Under the pieces are notes generated by a model that saw only the letters and a list, made by a program, of their open reading frames with translations, made no database searches and was not told where the DNA came from. From Nitrosopumilus sp. (GTDB lineage Archaea > Thermoproteota > Nitrososphaeria > Nitrososphaerales > Nitrosopumilaceae), in assembly GCA_963667665.2 (NCBI GenBank), contig OY763927.2, positions 320,001-384,000 of the forward strand: a stretch of 64,000 nt of DNA, in the 5' to 3' direction. Within the stretch, counting starts at the first letter, position 1. Every line of letters starts with the position of its first letter. A program made the translations under genes and the position numbers. Shown here in pieces: positions 1 to 11,344 of the stretch.

Positions 1-201
1 ACTTTGACGATTAATTTCACCTAGTGTGTCATTTAGTTCCCCCTTGACTATAACTTGAGAAATTCCTGATATATCACGTATGGTAATGAATGTCATCTTT
101 CCTAATTTTCGAAGGTCTTCAATCCAGCCTCCTAATACTACTTGTTTTCCAATTAATTCTGTAGTTAATTCTGAAATATCGTGAGTTTTTATAAAAACCA
201 T
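1..201 (-). CDS. aspS: Aspartyl-tRNA synthetase, N-terminal part (runs off window start)
   Basis: Manual translation from ATG 201: MVFIKTHDISELTTELIGKQVVLGGWIEDLRKLGKMTFITIRDISGISQV; OB-fold anticodon-binding pattern GW..R..G...F..RD..G..Q. Confidence 0.85.
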   Translation of the reverse strand, partial: MVFIKTHDISELTTELIGKQVVLGGWIEDLRKLGKMTFITIRDISGISQVIVKGELNDTLGEINRQS

Positions 202-288
202 ACCTATCTTGTATCCTCAAATTCTATATCAATGTCAAGGTTTCGGTATGTCGTAAATTTTTAATTCCTAGTTTAGTTCAAAGATATC

Positions 289-1227
289 ATGACTTTTCTT
301 TCCGTAAAGGGGTTGTCTGCAAAATACACTTCATCTCAAGGTCCAGTTTATGCAGTTGATGATGTAGATTTCCATCTAGAAGATGGAGAATCAATGGGAA
401 TTGCAGGTGAGAGTGCATGTGGTAAAAGTACATTGGGGTTATCCCTAATTCGAATGCTTTCAGGTGGTAAAACTGATGGTGAAATTGAATTTGATGGAGA
501 ATCAATCTTAGAAATGAAAGAATCTGATTTTGATGAAAAATATAGGTGGAAAAAAATCTCCATGGTTTTTCAAGGAGCTATGAATTCACTAGATCCTGTT
601 TTTACAATTAATGAACAATTCCTTGAAATTCTAAAAGAACACAATTTTGATGGTGATACTAAAGAAATAATCTCTAATACTATCCATTCAGTTAGTCTTG
701 ATGAACAAGTTCTGAAAAAATATCCTCATGAGCTAAGTGGTGGAATGAAACAAAGAGTAGTTATTGCAATGGCATTGCTTCTAAAACCAAAATTTGTAAT
801 TGCTGATGAGCCAACTACTGCACTTGATGTATTGATCCAAGCACAGATTGTAAATTTATTAAAAAATCTCAAAAAAAATGACATGTCCTTTATGCTAATT
901 ACACATGATTTGGCAGTACTCTCTGAAATTGCAGATAAGATTGGTATCATGTATGGTGGACATATGGTAGAGTTTGGCTCATCACAAGAAATCTACAAAA
1001 ATCCAAAGCATCCATACACCCAAGGACTCTTAGAATCAATTCCAACACTGAAAGGCGGTACTCCAAAATATATCAAGGGAATTCCTCCAAGCTTACTTGA
1101 TGCACCAACTCAATGTCGATTTATAGACAGATGTCCTTTAGTAATTGAGAAATGCAAACAAGTTCCTCCAAAATTTAAAACCAAAACTGGATATGTTAGA
1201 TGTTGGCTTTATGAAGAAGAAAAATAA
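289..1227 (+). CDS. Oligopeptide/dipeptide ABC transporter ATP-binding subunit (OppD/DppD type)
   Basis: Walker A GESACGKS, LSGGMKQR signature, DEPTTALD, HPYT and C-terminal CRFIDRC..C..VRC. Confidence 0.93.
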   Translation: MTFLSVKGLSAKYTSSQGPVYAVDDVDFHLEDGESMGIAGESACGKSTLGLSLIRMLSGGKTDGEIEFDGESILEMKESDFDEKYRWKKISMVFQGAMNSLDPVFTINEQFLEILKEHNFDGDTKEIISNTIHSVSLDEQVLKKYPHELSGGMKQRVVIAMALLLKPKFVIADEPTTALDVLIQAQIVNLLKNLKKNDMSFMLITHDLAVLSEIADKIGIMYGGHMVEFGSSQEIYKNPKHPYTQGLLESIPTLKGGTPKYIKGIPPSLLDAPTQCRFIDRCPLVIEKCKQVPPKFKTKTGYVRCWLYEEEK

Positions 1228-1252
1228 TTCTAACTTCTCAACAATAAATTGT

Positions 1253-1627
1253 TTAAGAGTGTATTTTTACAATTGGCAAACATGAATCTATAATTCTTAA
1301 CATTTCAGTTCTTAGAACTTTTTTATCAACTGATATCCATACTCTAACCTTTTTAATTGCAAAAGCAATGATCTGCACTTTACTTCGCTCTTCCCACACA
1401 AATTCAATCTCTCCTAAATTCTTATCAAAGAATCCTTCAAGATCCGTCTTTATTGCAATGTGTGAGAATTGATATTTTGTATTTTTGGCATCCAACAGAG
1501 GTTCTAGGTCATCTCTTCTTCTATGGGCTAGTAACTCTCCGCTCTCATTAATTACGCCTACAAATCTGACAAATGGGCTAATGCCTGCTATATTTCCACA
1601 AATTTTTTCATAGTCATTGTTTGTCAT
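1253..1627 (-). CDS. Conserved thaumarchaeal hypothetical protein (roadblock/profilin-like fold likely)
   Basis: 124-aa ORF with VRFVGVINESG and LGEIEF patterns. Confidence 0.65.
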   Translation of the reverse strand: MTNNDYEKICGNIAGISPFVRFVGVINESGELLAHRRRDDLEPLLDAKNTKYQFSHIAIKTDLEGFFDKNLGEIEFVWEERSKVQIIAFAIKKVRVWISVDKKVLRTEMLRIIDSCLPIVKIHS

Positions 1628-1740
1628 TTAATTTGGTTGCAAAAATATGATATTTTAATGATTGTCTCAATATCTGCGTGAACTATTTTCCTAAATCTTT
1701 TTAACATCGACGTTAATCATACATTTTTTGAAATATTTAA

Positions 1741-2247
1741 TCAAAAGACTAATGCGAATCCAGACACTACAGCAATTGTCTTTACCATTTTACCTGTGAC
1801 CATAAATACAATGAATTTACTAAATTTCATTTTCTTTACACCAGCAGAAATCAAAATAAAATCTCCAATTACTGGAATCCATGATGCAAAAAATACTGCA
1901 CCCCAACCAAATTTATCAAGCAGTTTGTTGCCTTTCTTTTCATGTTTAACCTCATTTCCGTTTTTCTTTTTTCGTAATTTGTTGATTAGTTTGTTTCCTC
2001 CAAATCCAATAAAATAATTCAGCACCCCACCGATTATAGATCCTAGACCCAATACAAAACCAACAAGAAATACATTTTCTCCTCCAATCAATAATGCTGA
2101 TGTCAGAATTTCAGTAGGCAATGGTATTGCCGTAGCTGATAACAATGAATTAAGAAATAACCCAATTATTCCATAATCCTGAAATACATTGTTGGCTAGG
2201 ATTTCCTGCGTCATTTGGTAATATTCCATAATTAATTCATAACTCAT
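1741..2247 (-). CDS. YqaA/DedA (VTT domain) membrane protein
   Basis: SATAIPLPTE, GGVLNYFIG, SWIPVIGD motifs; hydrophobic. Confidence 0.85.
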   Translation of the reverse strand: MSYELIMEYYQMTQEILANNVFQDYGIIGLFLNSLLSATAIPLPTEILTSALLIGGENVFLVGFVLGLGSIIGGVLNYFIGFGGNKLINKLRKKKNGNEVKHEKKGNKLLDKFGWGAVFFASWIPVIGDFILISAGVKKMKFSKFIVFMVTGKMVKTIAVVSGFALVF

Positions 2248-2369
2248 GATTACTACCTTGTTTTGTAAGAGTCAAAATAAAACCATCTCTGATATTACTT
2301 ATTTTCAATTGTTTAAAGCCTTGAAAAATATTCGTTTTCAATAAATAATGCCTGAAAATAGTTTGAATA

Positions 2370-3007
2370 TTGAATTTTTCTGATTTATTCCCATTTGCTG
2401 CAGGTGATGGTTATCTGATTTTAGCTTTAGTCAATTTCTTTGGGTCCCTTATCCCATTTGTCCCATTACAGGGATTTTTGTTGCTTGCTACAATGTCTGT
2501 TGGAAATGAATATGATTTACATGTTTTGGATTGGTATCTGCCATCACTGCTGCTGTCGCAAAACAAATGATCTTTTTTGTTAGCTTTAGCGGTAGGAAAA
2601 TCATGAATGAAAAAACTCAAAAAAGAATGCGCCCATTTGAAAGATTAGTGAAAAGATATGGCGTAGCTGCTGCATTTGTTGCTGCAGCAACTCCAATGCC
2701 TGATGATATAATATTTGTTCCATTAGGACTGGCAAAATATAATCCAAAAAGATTTTTTGTTGCAACCCTTACTGGAAAAATTGTTCTTAGTTACATCATT
2801 GTTTTTATTTCTCACTATGTTGGATTGTCTTTCATTGAACCTTTCTTAGAAAATATTGATGATGCTACACCTGTTTACATTGGAATTATTGTTTTTGGAG
2901 CAATAATGACTGCAATTATAGTTCTACTTTTAAAATTGGATTGGCAAAGAATTATGGGAAAATTTGCTCCATGGACATTAGATGAAAATAATCCAGAAGA
3001 AGATTAA
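2370..3007 (+). pseudogene. VTT/DedA-family membrane protein split by a 1-nt deletion near 2529 (real lesion or sequencing error)
   Basis: ORFs 2370-2570 and 2531-3007 join as ...DLHVL(A)LVSAITA... if one base is restored; ATPMPDD motif. Confidence 0.75.
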
Positions 3008-3561
3008 ATTTTTATTTTAAAATTCCACAACTTGTCTGTTGCTTCTTTAATTCCTATTCTTGGTGATTTGGTAATCATTACTGGTTTTATTCCATCTGTG
3101 ATGAATAACTTTGAATGTTTTGTCAAATCTATACCATAATGCTCTTTAGTTATTTTCAATGCTTGAGTTAATTTCGCTGGCCCATTTGTGAGATTTACAA
3201 AATTTACCCCTTTTCTGTTTTCTTGAATTAATTTAATTCCTTTTTCGGGTTGGATTGCACGAATTAAAACAGCCCCTGCTTTAATTTTTGGATTTTTTGC
3301 TACTACATTAAAACAATAATGCATTCCATATGTAAAATAGACGTAAGCGATTCCTACATCTCCAAACATCACTCTGTTTCTTTCAGTAATTTTTCTAAAT
3401 GCATGACTTGCAGGATCATCTTTGTGCCTATATGCTTCAGTTTCTATAATGATTCCTGATATTTCATGTCTACCTATTTTTCTGACAATTCTTTTTCCAA
3501 GAAGGTTTTTTGCAACAGTTACTGTATTTTTTAAATAAAATTTCCTAGGAAGTATATTCAA
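3004..3561 (-). CDS. mpg: DNA-3-methyladenine glycosylase (MPG/AAG family)
   Basis: IIETEAY, DPASHA, YVYFTYGMHYCFNVV, GAVLIRA, NGPAKL, PRIGI. Confidence 0.95.
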   Translation of the reverse strand: MNILPRKFYLKNTVTVAKNLLGKRIVRKIGRHEISGIIIETEAYRHKDDPASHAFRKITERNRVMFGDVGIAYVYFTYGMHYCFNVVAKNPKIKAGAVLIRAIQPEKGIKLIQENRKGVNFVNLTNGPAKLTQALKITKEHYGIDLTKHSKLFITDGIKPVMITKSPRIGIKEATDKLWNFKIKI

Positions 3562-4138
3562 TATCTACTGTAACCTCTTTGTCATTTTTTAAATCTCTAA
3601 TCAAATCAAACAGTTTTACAATGTCATTTTTTAGCACATCAATTAATTTTTGATTGTATATTGTAGCTGCTGGATGAATAGTTAAAAAATATAATAAATT
3701 ATCTTTTCGTACTACTTTACCTCTATGTTTTGTAATCTCTGATCCACCTAAAATTGAATTAAATGCAGTATTTCCTAAAATACAAATAAGTTTTGGTTTG
3801 ATTGTGGCAATTTCTTGTTTTAGATATTCTTTACAAGTGTCTCGCTCATTAGCGGTGGGAACTCTATTGTTTGGAGGTCTACACTTTACAATATTTGTAA
3901 TGTAAATGTCGTCTCTTGAAATCCCTGCCTCATCAAGTGCAACTGAGAGTTTTTTTCCTGCAACTCCAATGAATGGCTCTCCGTTTTGGTCCTCATTTTT
4001 TCCTGGTGCTTCACCGACAAAGATCACATCTGATTGAAAATTTCCTTTTCCTGGCACTGCATTTATTCGTGTTTTACACAAATTACACTTTGTACATTTT
4101 ATGACATTTTGTTTTACTATTTCTAATTCTTGGGTCAT
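3545..4138 (-). CDS. udg: Uracil-DNA glycosylase family 4 (Fe-S)
   Basis: CxxC, GEAPG, PFIG, NIVKCRPPNNR, HPAA. Confidence 0.95.
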   Translation of the reverse strand: MTQELEIVKQNVIKCTKCNLCKTRINAVPGKGNFQSDVIFVGEAPGKNEDQNGEPFIGVAGKKLSVALDEAGISRDDIYITNIVKCRPPNNRVPTANERDTCKEYLKQEIATIKPKLICILGNTAFNSILGGSEITKHRGKVVRKDNLLYFLTIHPAATIYNQKLIDVLKNDIVKLFDLIRDLKNDKEVTVDIEYTS

Positions 4139-4141
4139 TTT

Positions 4142-5563
4142 CTAATTTACACTCTTTACTGTTGCAATTCCTCGAATTGATGGTCCACCATTACCCATTA
4201 TCATTGATTGCATAGGATCACCTTTCCCACAATTAGTTATTGGTCGTATGGTGAAATCATTTCCACAAGCATCAATTGATTCAAAAAATTCTGGGGCTAT
4301 TCCCATTACAATTACATCTCTAAGTAAATCCGTAATTTCTCCATTCTCAATTTTTTGGGCATATTGGCATGAAATACTCCAGTTGTATCGTTTCATGTCA
4401 ATTGAAGGAATTTTCATATTGGATATGTAATATCCATTTTTGACTCCTTTTATCATCTCATTTACGCCCCAATCCCCATTTCCAATACATGTGCATGCCA
4501 TACGAATTAGAGGCATGAATCTGTAGTTTGTCGCCCTCATATTTCCAGTGGATGGTGTATTGAAAATTTCTGCAGTTTCTCTATTTTGCATATGATTTTT
4601 TAAAACTCCGTTCTCAACTAGAGTTGTTTTTTTTGTTTCAACTCCTTCATCATCAAAATAATACCATCCTAAACTTTCTTTGATGGTTGGGTCATCAAAC
4701 ACATTTAATTTCTCTGATCCAATTTTTTCTCCAATTTTTCCTTTCCACCATGCACCTCCAGCCCATGCCATCTCTTTTCCCAAAACTCTGTCTGCTTCTG
4801 ATGGATGACCTAATATTTCATGTGTAAGTAATGATACAAAATCTGGATTCATTACAACTGTAGCTTTTTCTTCCTTTGCAGGTTTTGCATCAATTAACTG
4901 TGATGCTTTTAGTGCAATCTCTTTTGCACTTTGGTGAATCATATTTTCATTGGTAATTTGCTCCATTCCTCCTCTCCCCCCTTCTGTTATGTTTATTGAC
5001 TGTGTAAGTCCTGATTCATGAGCAGTAGCTATCATGTCTACTACTACATCTGTAAAGTTTTGTATAATTTCTGAACCTTCACTGTTTACAAAATATTTTG
5101 AATTAATTGTATACCATGGGTTGACAACTGATTTGATTATTCTTGGAGTGTCTGAAATAATTTTGTCACATTCAAACCCAATCTTCATTAATTCTTCTAG
5201 TTCAGGTTTTTTTAAAACTGGAAAATCTATCTTGGTTTTGTTAATTGTATTTGGATATAGTTTGATTTTATTTTTTTTATTTTCTGCATAGTGTAAAGAA
5301 TTTCTTAGAGCATCATCTATAATTTCTTTTATTTGTTCTATGGACTTTGGATTTGTAATTGAACAAAAACTCCATACTCCATCTTTTACTAGTCTAATCC
5401 CAATTCCTTCATCCTTGTTGGTTCTAACATGTTCTATCTCTCCATTTTCTATGAGTGCTGATTTTCTTTCTTGTAGTTCTGCTCTTGCATCGCAATATTG
5501 GGCTCCTGAATCAATTGCATATCTTATTACATTATCTGCCAATTCTTGTAGGCGTGAATCCAT
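4142..5563 (-). CDS. tldD: TldD family metalloprotease
   Basis: HEILGHPSEAD, DDEGV, CGKGDPMQ, GGP. Confidence 0.93.
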   Translation of the reverse strand: MDSRLQELADNVIRYAIDSGAQYCDARAELQERKSALIENGEIEHVRTNKDEGIGIRLVKDGVWSFCSITNPKSIEQIKEIIDDALRNSLHYAENKKNKIKLYPNTINKTKIDFPVLKKPELEELMKIGFECDKIISDTPRIIKSVVNPWYTINSKYFVNSEGSEIIQNFTDVVVDMIATAHESGLTQSINITEGGRGGMEQITNENMIHQSAKEIALKASQLIDAKPAKEEKATVVMNPDFVSLLTHEILGHPSEADRVLGKEMAWAGGAWWKGKIGEKIGSEKLNVFDDPTIKESLGWYYFDDEGVETKKTTLVENGVLKNHMQNRETAEIFNTPSTGNMRATNYRFMPLIRMACTCIGNGDWGVNEMIKGVKNGYYISNMKIPSIDMKRYNWSISCQYAQKIENGEITDLLRDVIVMGIAPEFFESIDACGNDFTIRPITNCGKGDPMQSMIMGNGGPSIRGIATVKSVN

Positions 5564-5606
5564 GATTAATGAAATTCAGAGAGGTTCCTAAATCTTCTGT
5601 ATTGTA

Positions 5607-5744
5607 CTAATTTGAAATTGCAGGCATTGTAAAGTAGTATTCGTCTTCAAATTCATAGTCTGATATGCCTTTTTTACGCAGAAATTCAAAATACTCTGTG
5701 CAATTTTTGTAAAATTCGCTATTTTTACTATATTCTTGCGTCAT
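5607..5744 (-). CDS. Small hypothetical protein (45 aa, below ORF-track cutoff)
   Basis: MTQEYSKNSEFYKNCTEYFEFLRKKGISDYEFEDEYYFTMPAISN*; fills an intergenic gap on the same strand as its neighbours. Confidence 0.6.
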   Translation of the reverse strand: MTQEYSKNSEFYKNCTEYFEFLRKKGISDYEFEDEYYFTMPAISN

Positions 5745-5844
5745 ACTTTCTTTCTCTAAATCTACATTATTTCAAGAGAGTGAGAAATTTTAGTTCTGAG
5801 AGTTTGTTTTCTTTAAGCAGAATTTATGGCTCATTTTGTTTGCT

Positions 5845-7706
5845 TTATGATTTAGGAATTGTAAATGAAAATGTGGCTCCTTGATTTAGAACACTCTCCA
5901 TAGATATGTTACCTTTATGACTTTCAATAATTCCTTTACAAATTGCAAGACCTAGCCCACTTCCCCCTCTTTCTCTTGTAAGTGTAGCATCAACTTGGTA
6001 GAATTTTTTGAATAATTCTTTTTGCTTGTCTTGCTGAATTCCTATTCCGTTATCTTTTATGCTGATTTTTATTTCTGAAGGAAGATCTTCCATTGAAATT
6101 TCAATTTTACCTGTATTGGATTTTGTTGCAACTAAACTATTTTTGATTAGATTTGTCATAACTTGTCTTATTCTTTCTTGATCATGATCGATTGTCAAGT
6201 CTACTACATTGGATTTAATTTTAATATTATTTTCTTCTGCTTCTGGTTTTAATGATTCAATTGCTTTATCTACTGTTTCTTTGATGTTGGTATTTGATAT
6301 TTTCATACTTAGTTGACCTAATTCTAATTTTTGTGCATCAAGTAAATCTGAAATAATTGATAACAATGATTCAGAACTAGATTTGATAATTTGTATTCTT
6401 TCTTTTTGTTTATCGTTTAGTTTTCCTAAATGTTCACCAAGTAAAATATCTGAATATCCTTGAATTGGAACTAGCGGTGTTTTTAATTCGTGAGTGATCA
6501 TTGCAAGAAATTCATCTTTTGCAATATCAGTTTTCTTTGCTTCTTCTTCTTTCTCTTTGATGGTGTTGGACATTATGTTGAAAGTTTGAACTAATTGCCC
6601 TACTTCATCAGTTCCTGAATATTCAATTTTTTCACCATATGCTCCTTCTTTTACTCTAGATAGAGCCTGTGTGATTGTTGCAAGAGGCGATAGTGATTTT
6701 CTAATTACAAATAACACCAAAAAGAATACTGCAATGTCCGCAACTAAAATTAACTGAATTATTGTTTCTTCTTCAGAACCTTGTGCTGTGATAATTAAAT
6801 TCCACTTTTCTAAAAGTTTGTCAATATCAGTATAAAGTAATTCTTTTTGGGCGTTCATCTCCTTTTTTGCAATATTAAACTCAGGTGATAATAGTGCCCT
6901 TTCTTCTAGAATTGAAATTTTTACTTGCATTGATTCCCATAATGGATCTAATTGGCGTAATGCATTCGAATTTTCTCTAGGTACTGGAATTAATTCTTCA
7001 TGTTCTTTTCCTACACTTTCAACGTCTAGTTCCACTGTATCGATCTGAAGTAATTTTCTAATTCCTATTTCAAATTCTAATCTATTTTCTTTTAATTTAT
7101 TTTGAGAGCCCTCTTCTTCTCCAATTGATATCAGCAAAGTTTGTTGTCCTATAACATTGACATTTTCAGCTAAATCTTTGGCAATCTGTTTATGTTTGTT
7201 ATAATCTCTTCCTAGATTTTCAAATTCATTAACCATATTATTACTAAGTAAAACTAATTCATTGTTTTTCTCTAAAATATAATTCACAGCTTTTATGGCT
7301 TCTGGATCAAAAACTGATGTATTTTCTGCATGCTGAGCTTTTGATTTGTAAGACTCCCATGATGTTACTACTTTGTTATAGTCTGTAGTTAATGCTAATG
7401 GAATTTTTTCTAATGATTGACCTTTGATAGATCCTCCATTTTTTATTACATACACTATGTTTTCCACTTCTATAATCTGTTATCTAATTGTTCTTTGTCT
7501 TCTTGATTACCACTTGCTACTGATGTAGCTAATGATGAAATAGATTCTGCAGCTACTTTGACATCTCCTACTCTGATAATTGAATATGATTGTGTAGTCT
7601 GTGAATTACTATCTTGATAAAATAAGAATAAATTAAGTGCAGCAGCTGAAATCAAAATTGCTACCAATAAGTATGTCTTACTGATTAGTTTCACAATAAA
7701 ACTCAC
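5845..7706 (-). pseudogene. HAMP sensor histidine kinase split by a 1-nt deletion near 7480
   Basis: N-terminal TM ORF 7470-7706 joins 5845-7467 as ...LDN(E)IIEVENIV...; HAMP (DEVGQL), HELKTPL, NLIKNS, DNGIGI, GSGLGL. Confidence 0.85.
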
Positions 7707-7755
7707 TTAGCACAGGGTATAAAAATAATAGGTGAATTTTGTTTATACACACATC

Positions 7756-8115
7756 ATGTCTGATGAATTTATTGAAATTGCTACAAAAGAAATTAATGAA
7801 GAAATATCTGGGATGGAACAATTATTGTCTGCATGTCAAAATGACGCTGATGTTTTTTCTAGTGCTGGTAAATTTCAAAAACACACTCACAAAATCAAGG
7901 GATTAGCACCAATGATGGGCAAAGAGGAACTTGGCAGTTTTTCTGCAATATTAGATTCAATTTTGAAAAAAATGATTGATGGCGTTATAATTGATGGCAT
8001 TTTTAATGACATGACTGATTCTATTTCTTTAATGAAAAAATCCATGTCTGAGCCTAAGTGTGATTTGGCAGAAATTAAAAATAGAATTTCCCAAATTCTG
8101 AATAACCTAAAATAG
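7756..8115 (+). CDS. Hpt (histidine phosphotransfer) domain protein
   Basis: HTHKIKGLAPMMG motif; ATG 7756 preferred over GTG 7732. Confidence 0.85.
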   Translation: MSDEFIEIATKEINEEISGMEQLLSACQNDADVFSSAGKFQKHTHKIKGLAPMMGKEELGSFSAILDSILKKMIDGVIIDGIFNDMTDSISLMKKSMSEPKCDLAEIKNRISQILNNLK

Positions 8116-8150
8116 CTAATATTTTTAATCACTTTTTCTCATATTTTAGA

Positions 8151-8513
8151 ATGGGAAAAATAATGATTGCAGATGATTCTGATGCAATCCGATTAGTGCT
8201 CACTGATATTTTGTCAATTGGTGAACATGAGATAGTTTCAGAAGCTAATGATGGTGCAGAAGCAGTTGATTTTTACCAAAAAAGTAATCCTGAAATACTT
8301 TTGTTAGATTTGGCGATGCCAAAAAAAGATGGATTAACTGTAGTTAAAGAAGTAATGGCATTTGATCCTAATGCAAAAATTATTCTAATTACTGCTAGTG
8401 ATGATCAAAAAGTAATCAAAGCATGTTTAGATTGTGGTGCAACATCCTACATTTCAAAACCATTTGATTTTAAAGCTGTCTTAAAAGCAATTAGTGGTAT
8501 TTTAGCAAAGTAA
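8151..8513 (+). CDS. CheY-like response regulator
   Basis: ADDS, LLDLAMPKKDG, ITAS, KPF. Confidence 0.95.
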   Translation: MGKIMIADDSDAIRLVLTDILSIGEHEIVSEANDGAEAVDFYQKSNPEILLLDLAMPKKDGLTVVKEVMAFDPNAKIILITASDDQKVIKACLDCGATSYISKPFDFKAVLKAISGILAK

Positions 8514-8550
8514 TTTAGGGAATAAATTTATTACAAAATAGATAGAAAAC

Positions 8551-10371
8551 TTGTCAAAAATTGTTACTGATACTAGTGTTATAATTAATGGTCAACTAAT
8601 TGCACAAATAGAAGCAGGTTCAATTAAAAATTCTGAAATTATTATCCCTCAAGCAGTTTTTGATGAATTGCAATCTCAAGCATCAAGTAAAAAGGAACAG
8701 GGTTTTGTAGGATTGGAGAAAATTAAAAAACTTAAAGATTTGTCTGGGAGTTATGGTTTGAATATTGTTTTGAAGGGATCACATCCTTCTACTGATGATA
8801 TTAGACTTGCAAACAGCGGTAGAATTGATGCTCTTATCACTGATATGGCTAAACAAAATGATGCTGTTCTTTACACATCGGATCGTGTTCAACATCTAGT
8901 TGCACAAGCTGAAGATGTAGAAACAGTATTTCTCAAAGTTGTTATTAAAAATGAAACATTAGAATTTCTGAAATTCTTTGATGCTGAGACAATGAGTGTT
9001 CATCTGAAAGAAAACCAACATCCTTTAGCAAAAAAAGGAAAACCTGGAAATTTTTTATTAACTACCCTTAGTGATGAAATTCTCTCTAAAGACTATTTGG
9101 AGTTAATTTCATCACAAATCTTGAATATTGCGCATGCATCTGATTCAAGTCATATTGAGATCTCAAAGACTGGTGCATCAGTAATTCAACATGGTGACTA
9201 CAGAATAGCAATCACTCATCCTCCTTTTTCTGAATCATTTGAAATAACCATTGTTCATCCCATCGTAAAGTTATCCCTTGAAGATTATGATATTTCAGAA
9301 GAGTTGATGCAACGTTTCACTGATAGAGCAGAAGGAATTGTGATTTCTGGTGCTCCAGGTTCTGGGAAAAGTACTCTTGCATCAGGATTAGCAAATTTTT
9401 ATTATAATAAAGGAAAAATTGTTAAAACATTTGAATCCCCACGTGATTTACAAGTTGATTCTGGAGTTACTCAGTATGGTAAATTAGATGGAAGTTTTGA
9501 TAACAGTGCTGACATTTTGTTACTTGTACGTCCAGATTATACTATTTTTGATGAAGTAAGGAGGCAAGAAGATTTTAGAACCTTTGCTGATTTACGATTA
9601 ACTGGTGTGGGTATGGTTGGGGTAGTTCATGGAAATTCTCCTATAGATGCAATTCAACGTTTTATTGGCAAGATTGAACTTGGTATAATTCCAAGTGTCT
9701 TAGATACTGTAGTCTTTGTAAAAGATGGTGTTATTGAAAAAGTTCTTGACTTGGAATTAAAAGTAAAAGTACCTTCTGGAATGACTGAATCTGATCTTGC
9801 AAGACCTGTAATTGAAATCCGGAATTTTGTAGATAATGTATTAGAGCATGAAATTTACACATTTGGAGAAGAAAATGTAATTGTTCCTATTGCAAAAAGA
9901 ATTCAAAAAGTTGGAATTGAAAAGCTTGCTGAAGATAAAGTAAGAGAAACTTTCAAAAGATATGATCCTAATGCAGAAGTTGAAATTTTATCTGCTAATA
10001 GAGTTAAGGTACTAGTAGATGAGCAGTGCATTGCATCCATTATAGGAAAAGGAGGCTCAAATATTAGTGAAATTGAAAAATTTCTCAAAGTCCATATTGA
10101 TGTAGTTCAAAAGGATTCTAACCATTCATCTGCAATGATAAGTGATCTGCCTTTTACTTATTCTGAATCAAAAACTGCTCTGCTTCTAACTGTTGATAGA
10201 GAATACACTTCAATGCATGCTGATATTTCTGTTAATAATGAATATGTTACATCCGTAAGAATTGGTAAAAAAGGGCAGATAAAAATTCCAAAACGTTCTG
10301 ATGCTGCAAGAAATCTTTTGAATTTTGCATCATCACAAAACGATATTCAAATATCTATCAAAGATTTTTAA
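8551..10371 (+). CDS. PIN-domain ATPase with KH domain (archaeal PINA family)
   Basis: N-terminal PIN (DTSVII), GAPGSGKS, ESPRDLQ, DEVR, KH GKGG. Confidence 0.9.
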   Translation: MSKIVTDTSVIINGQLIAQIEAGSIKNSEIIIPQAVFDELQSQASSKKEQGFVGLEKIKKLKDLSGSYGLNIVLKGSHPSTDDIRLANSGRIDALITDMAKQNDAVLYTSDRVQHLVAQAEDVETVFLKVVIKNETLEFLKFFDAETMSVHLKENQHPLAKKGKPGNFLLTTLSDEILSKDYLELISSQILNIAHASDSSHIEISKTGASVIQHGDYRIAITHPPFSESFEITIVHPIVKLSLEDYDISEELMQRFTDRAEGIVISGAPGSGKSTLASGLANFYYNKGKIVKTFESPRDLQVDSGVTQYGKLDGSFDNSADILLLVRPDYTIFDEVRRQEDFRTFADLRLTGVGMVGVVHGNSPIDAIQRFIGKIELGIIPSVLDTVVFVKDGVIEKVLDLELKVKVPSGMTESDLARPVIEIRNFVDNVLEHEIYTFGEENVIVPIAKRIQKVGIEKLAEDKVRETFKRYDPNAEVEILSANRVKVLVDEQCIASIIGKGGSNISEIEKFLKVHIDVVQKDSNHSSAMISDLPFTYSESKTALLLTVDREYTSMHADISVNNEYVTSVRIGKKGQIKIPKRSDAARNLLNFASSQNDIQISIKDF

Positions 10372-10822
10372 AATTTTCAATTACCTTTGGATTTGCTTTA
10401 AGAAAAGTAATGAATTTTCTTAACTGCTTTATTGTTTTTGGATTAAGATGGTGTTCAATTCCTTCGGTGTCTTGATTTGCAGTATCATATCCAACTCCTA
10501 AGATTTCAAAAAATTCTAATAAGATTCCATGTTTTTGTCTAATTCCCTCAGCTATTTGTATTCCTTTATCTGTAAGATTAATTCCATGATATTTTTCATA
10601 TTCTAAAAACCCATTCTCGTCTAGTCTTTGAAGCATCTTAGTAACACTAGGTGCACTTACATCCATGTATCTTGAAATGTCTAGTGTAGTTGCATAACCT
10701 TTCAATTCGACTAGTTCTGATATTATTTCCAAATAATCCTCCATTCTTGTACTTGATTGGGTTCTCTCTGATTGATGAGCAGCTTTAATGGAATCCAATC
10801 TTTTGGAATTTTTAGGTTTCAT
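10358..10822 (-). CDS. mntR: DtxR/MntR metal-dependent repressor
   Basis: MEDYLE, SAPSVTKML, KHGILLEFF, EGIEHH. Confidence 0.9.
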   Translation of the reverse strand: MKPKNSKRLDSIKAAHQSERTQSSTRMEDYLEIISELVELKGYATTLDISRYMDVSAPSVTKMLQRLDENGFLEYEKYHGINLTDKGIQIAEGIRQKHGILLEFFEILGVGYDTANQDTEGIEHHLNPKTIKQLRKFITFLKANPKVIENFKNL

Positions 10823-10956
10823 GTAATCTTTGTATCTAAATCAAATCTAGTATAATTGGATTCTCTTCTGTTGATTTTAGTTACTCTTTGTTGACTTGGA
10901 TGTTACAGTAATTGATCTTTGAATCTTAACTAACTTCTTCTAAATCATAGGCTGGA

Positions 10957-11307
10957 ATGGTTGATCCCTTAAAGGTACGACTTGAAAAATTACAAAAATC
11001 TGCTGAATCAGCTAAACGCAGAGCAAATTTGTACACAGATGTGGCTAAAATGAATGAAGGACCTAATACTAGTTCGTTAGGTGCTCTTCAGAAAGCTTCT
11101 GCACCTGGTAAAAAACTTCAAAAAATTGGATTTTTGATGTTATGGGTTCCTGAACCTACTGGTGTTACTTGTGCAGTAGGCGCTCCGTTGATAGTTGCAG
11201 GTAGATATCTTGACAAAAAATACAATGGTGCCACTATTCATGATATTGGTCATGAGACAAAACATGCCTTTACATCAATACGTGATTTTAAGAATTTTAT
11301 AATATAA
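10957..11307 (+). CDS. Hypothetical protein with hydrophobic hairpin
   Basis: 116-aa ORF; PEPTGVTCAVGAPLIVAG. Confidence 0.6.
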   Translation: MVDPLKVRLEKLQKSAESAKRRANLYTDVAKMNEGPNTSSLGALQKASAPGKKLQKIGFLMLWVPEPTGVTCAVGAPLIVAGRYLDKKYNGATIHDIGHETKHAFTSIRDFKNFII

Positions 11308-11344
11308 CACTATTAGTTTTTAAAATATCTATTACAGACTTTTC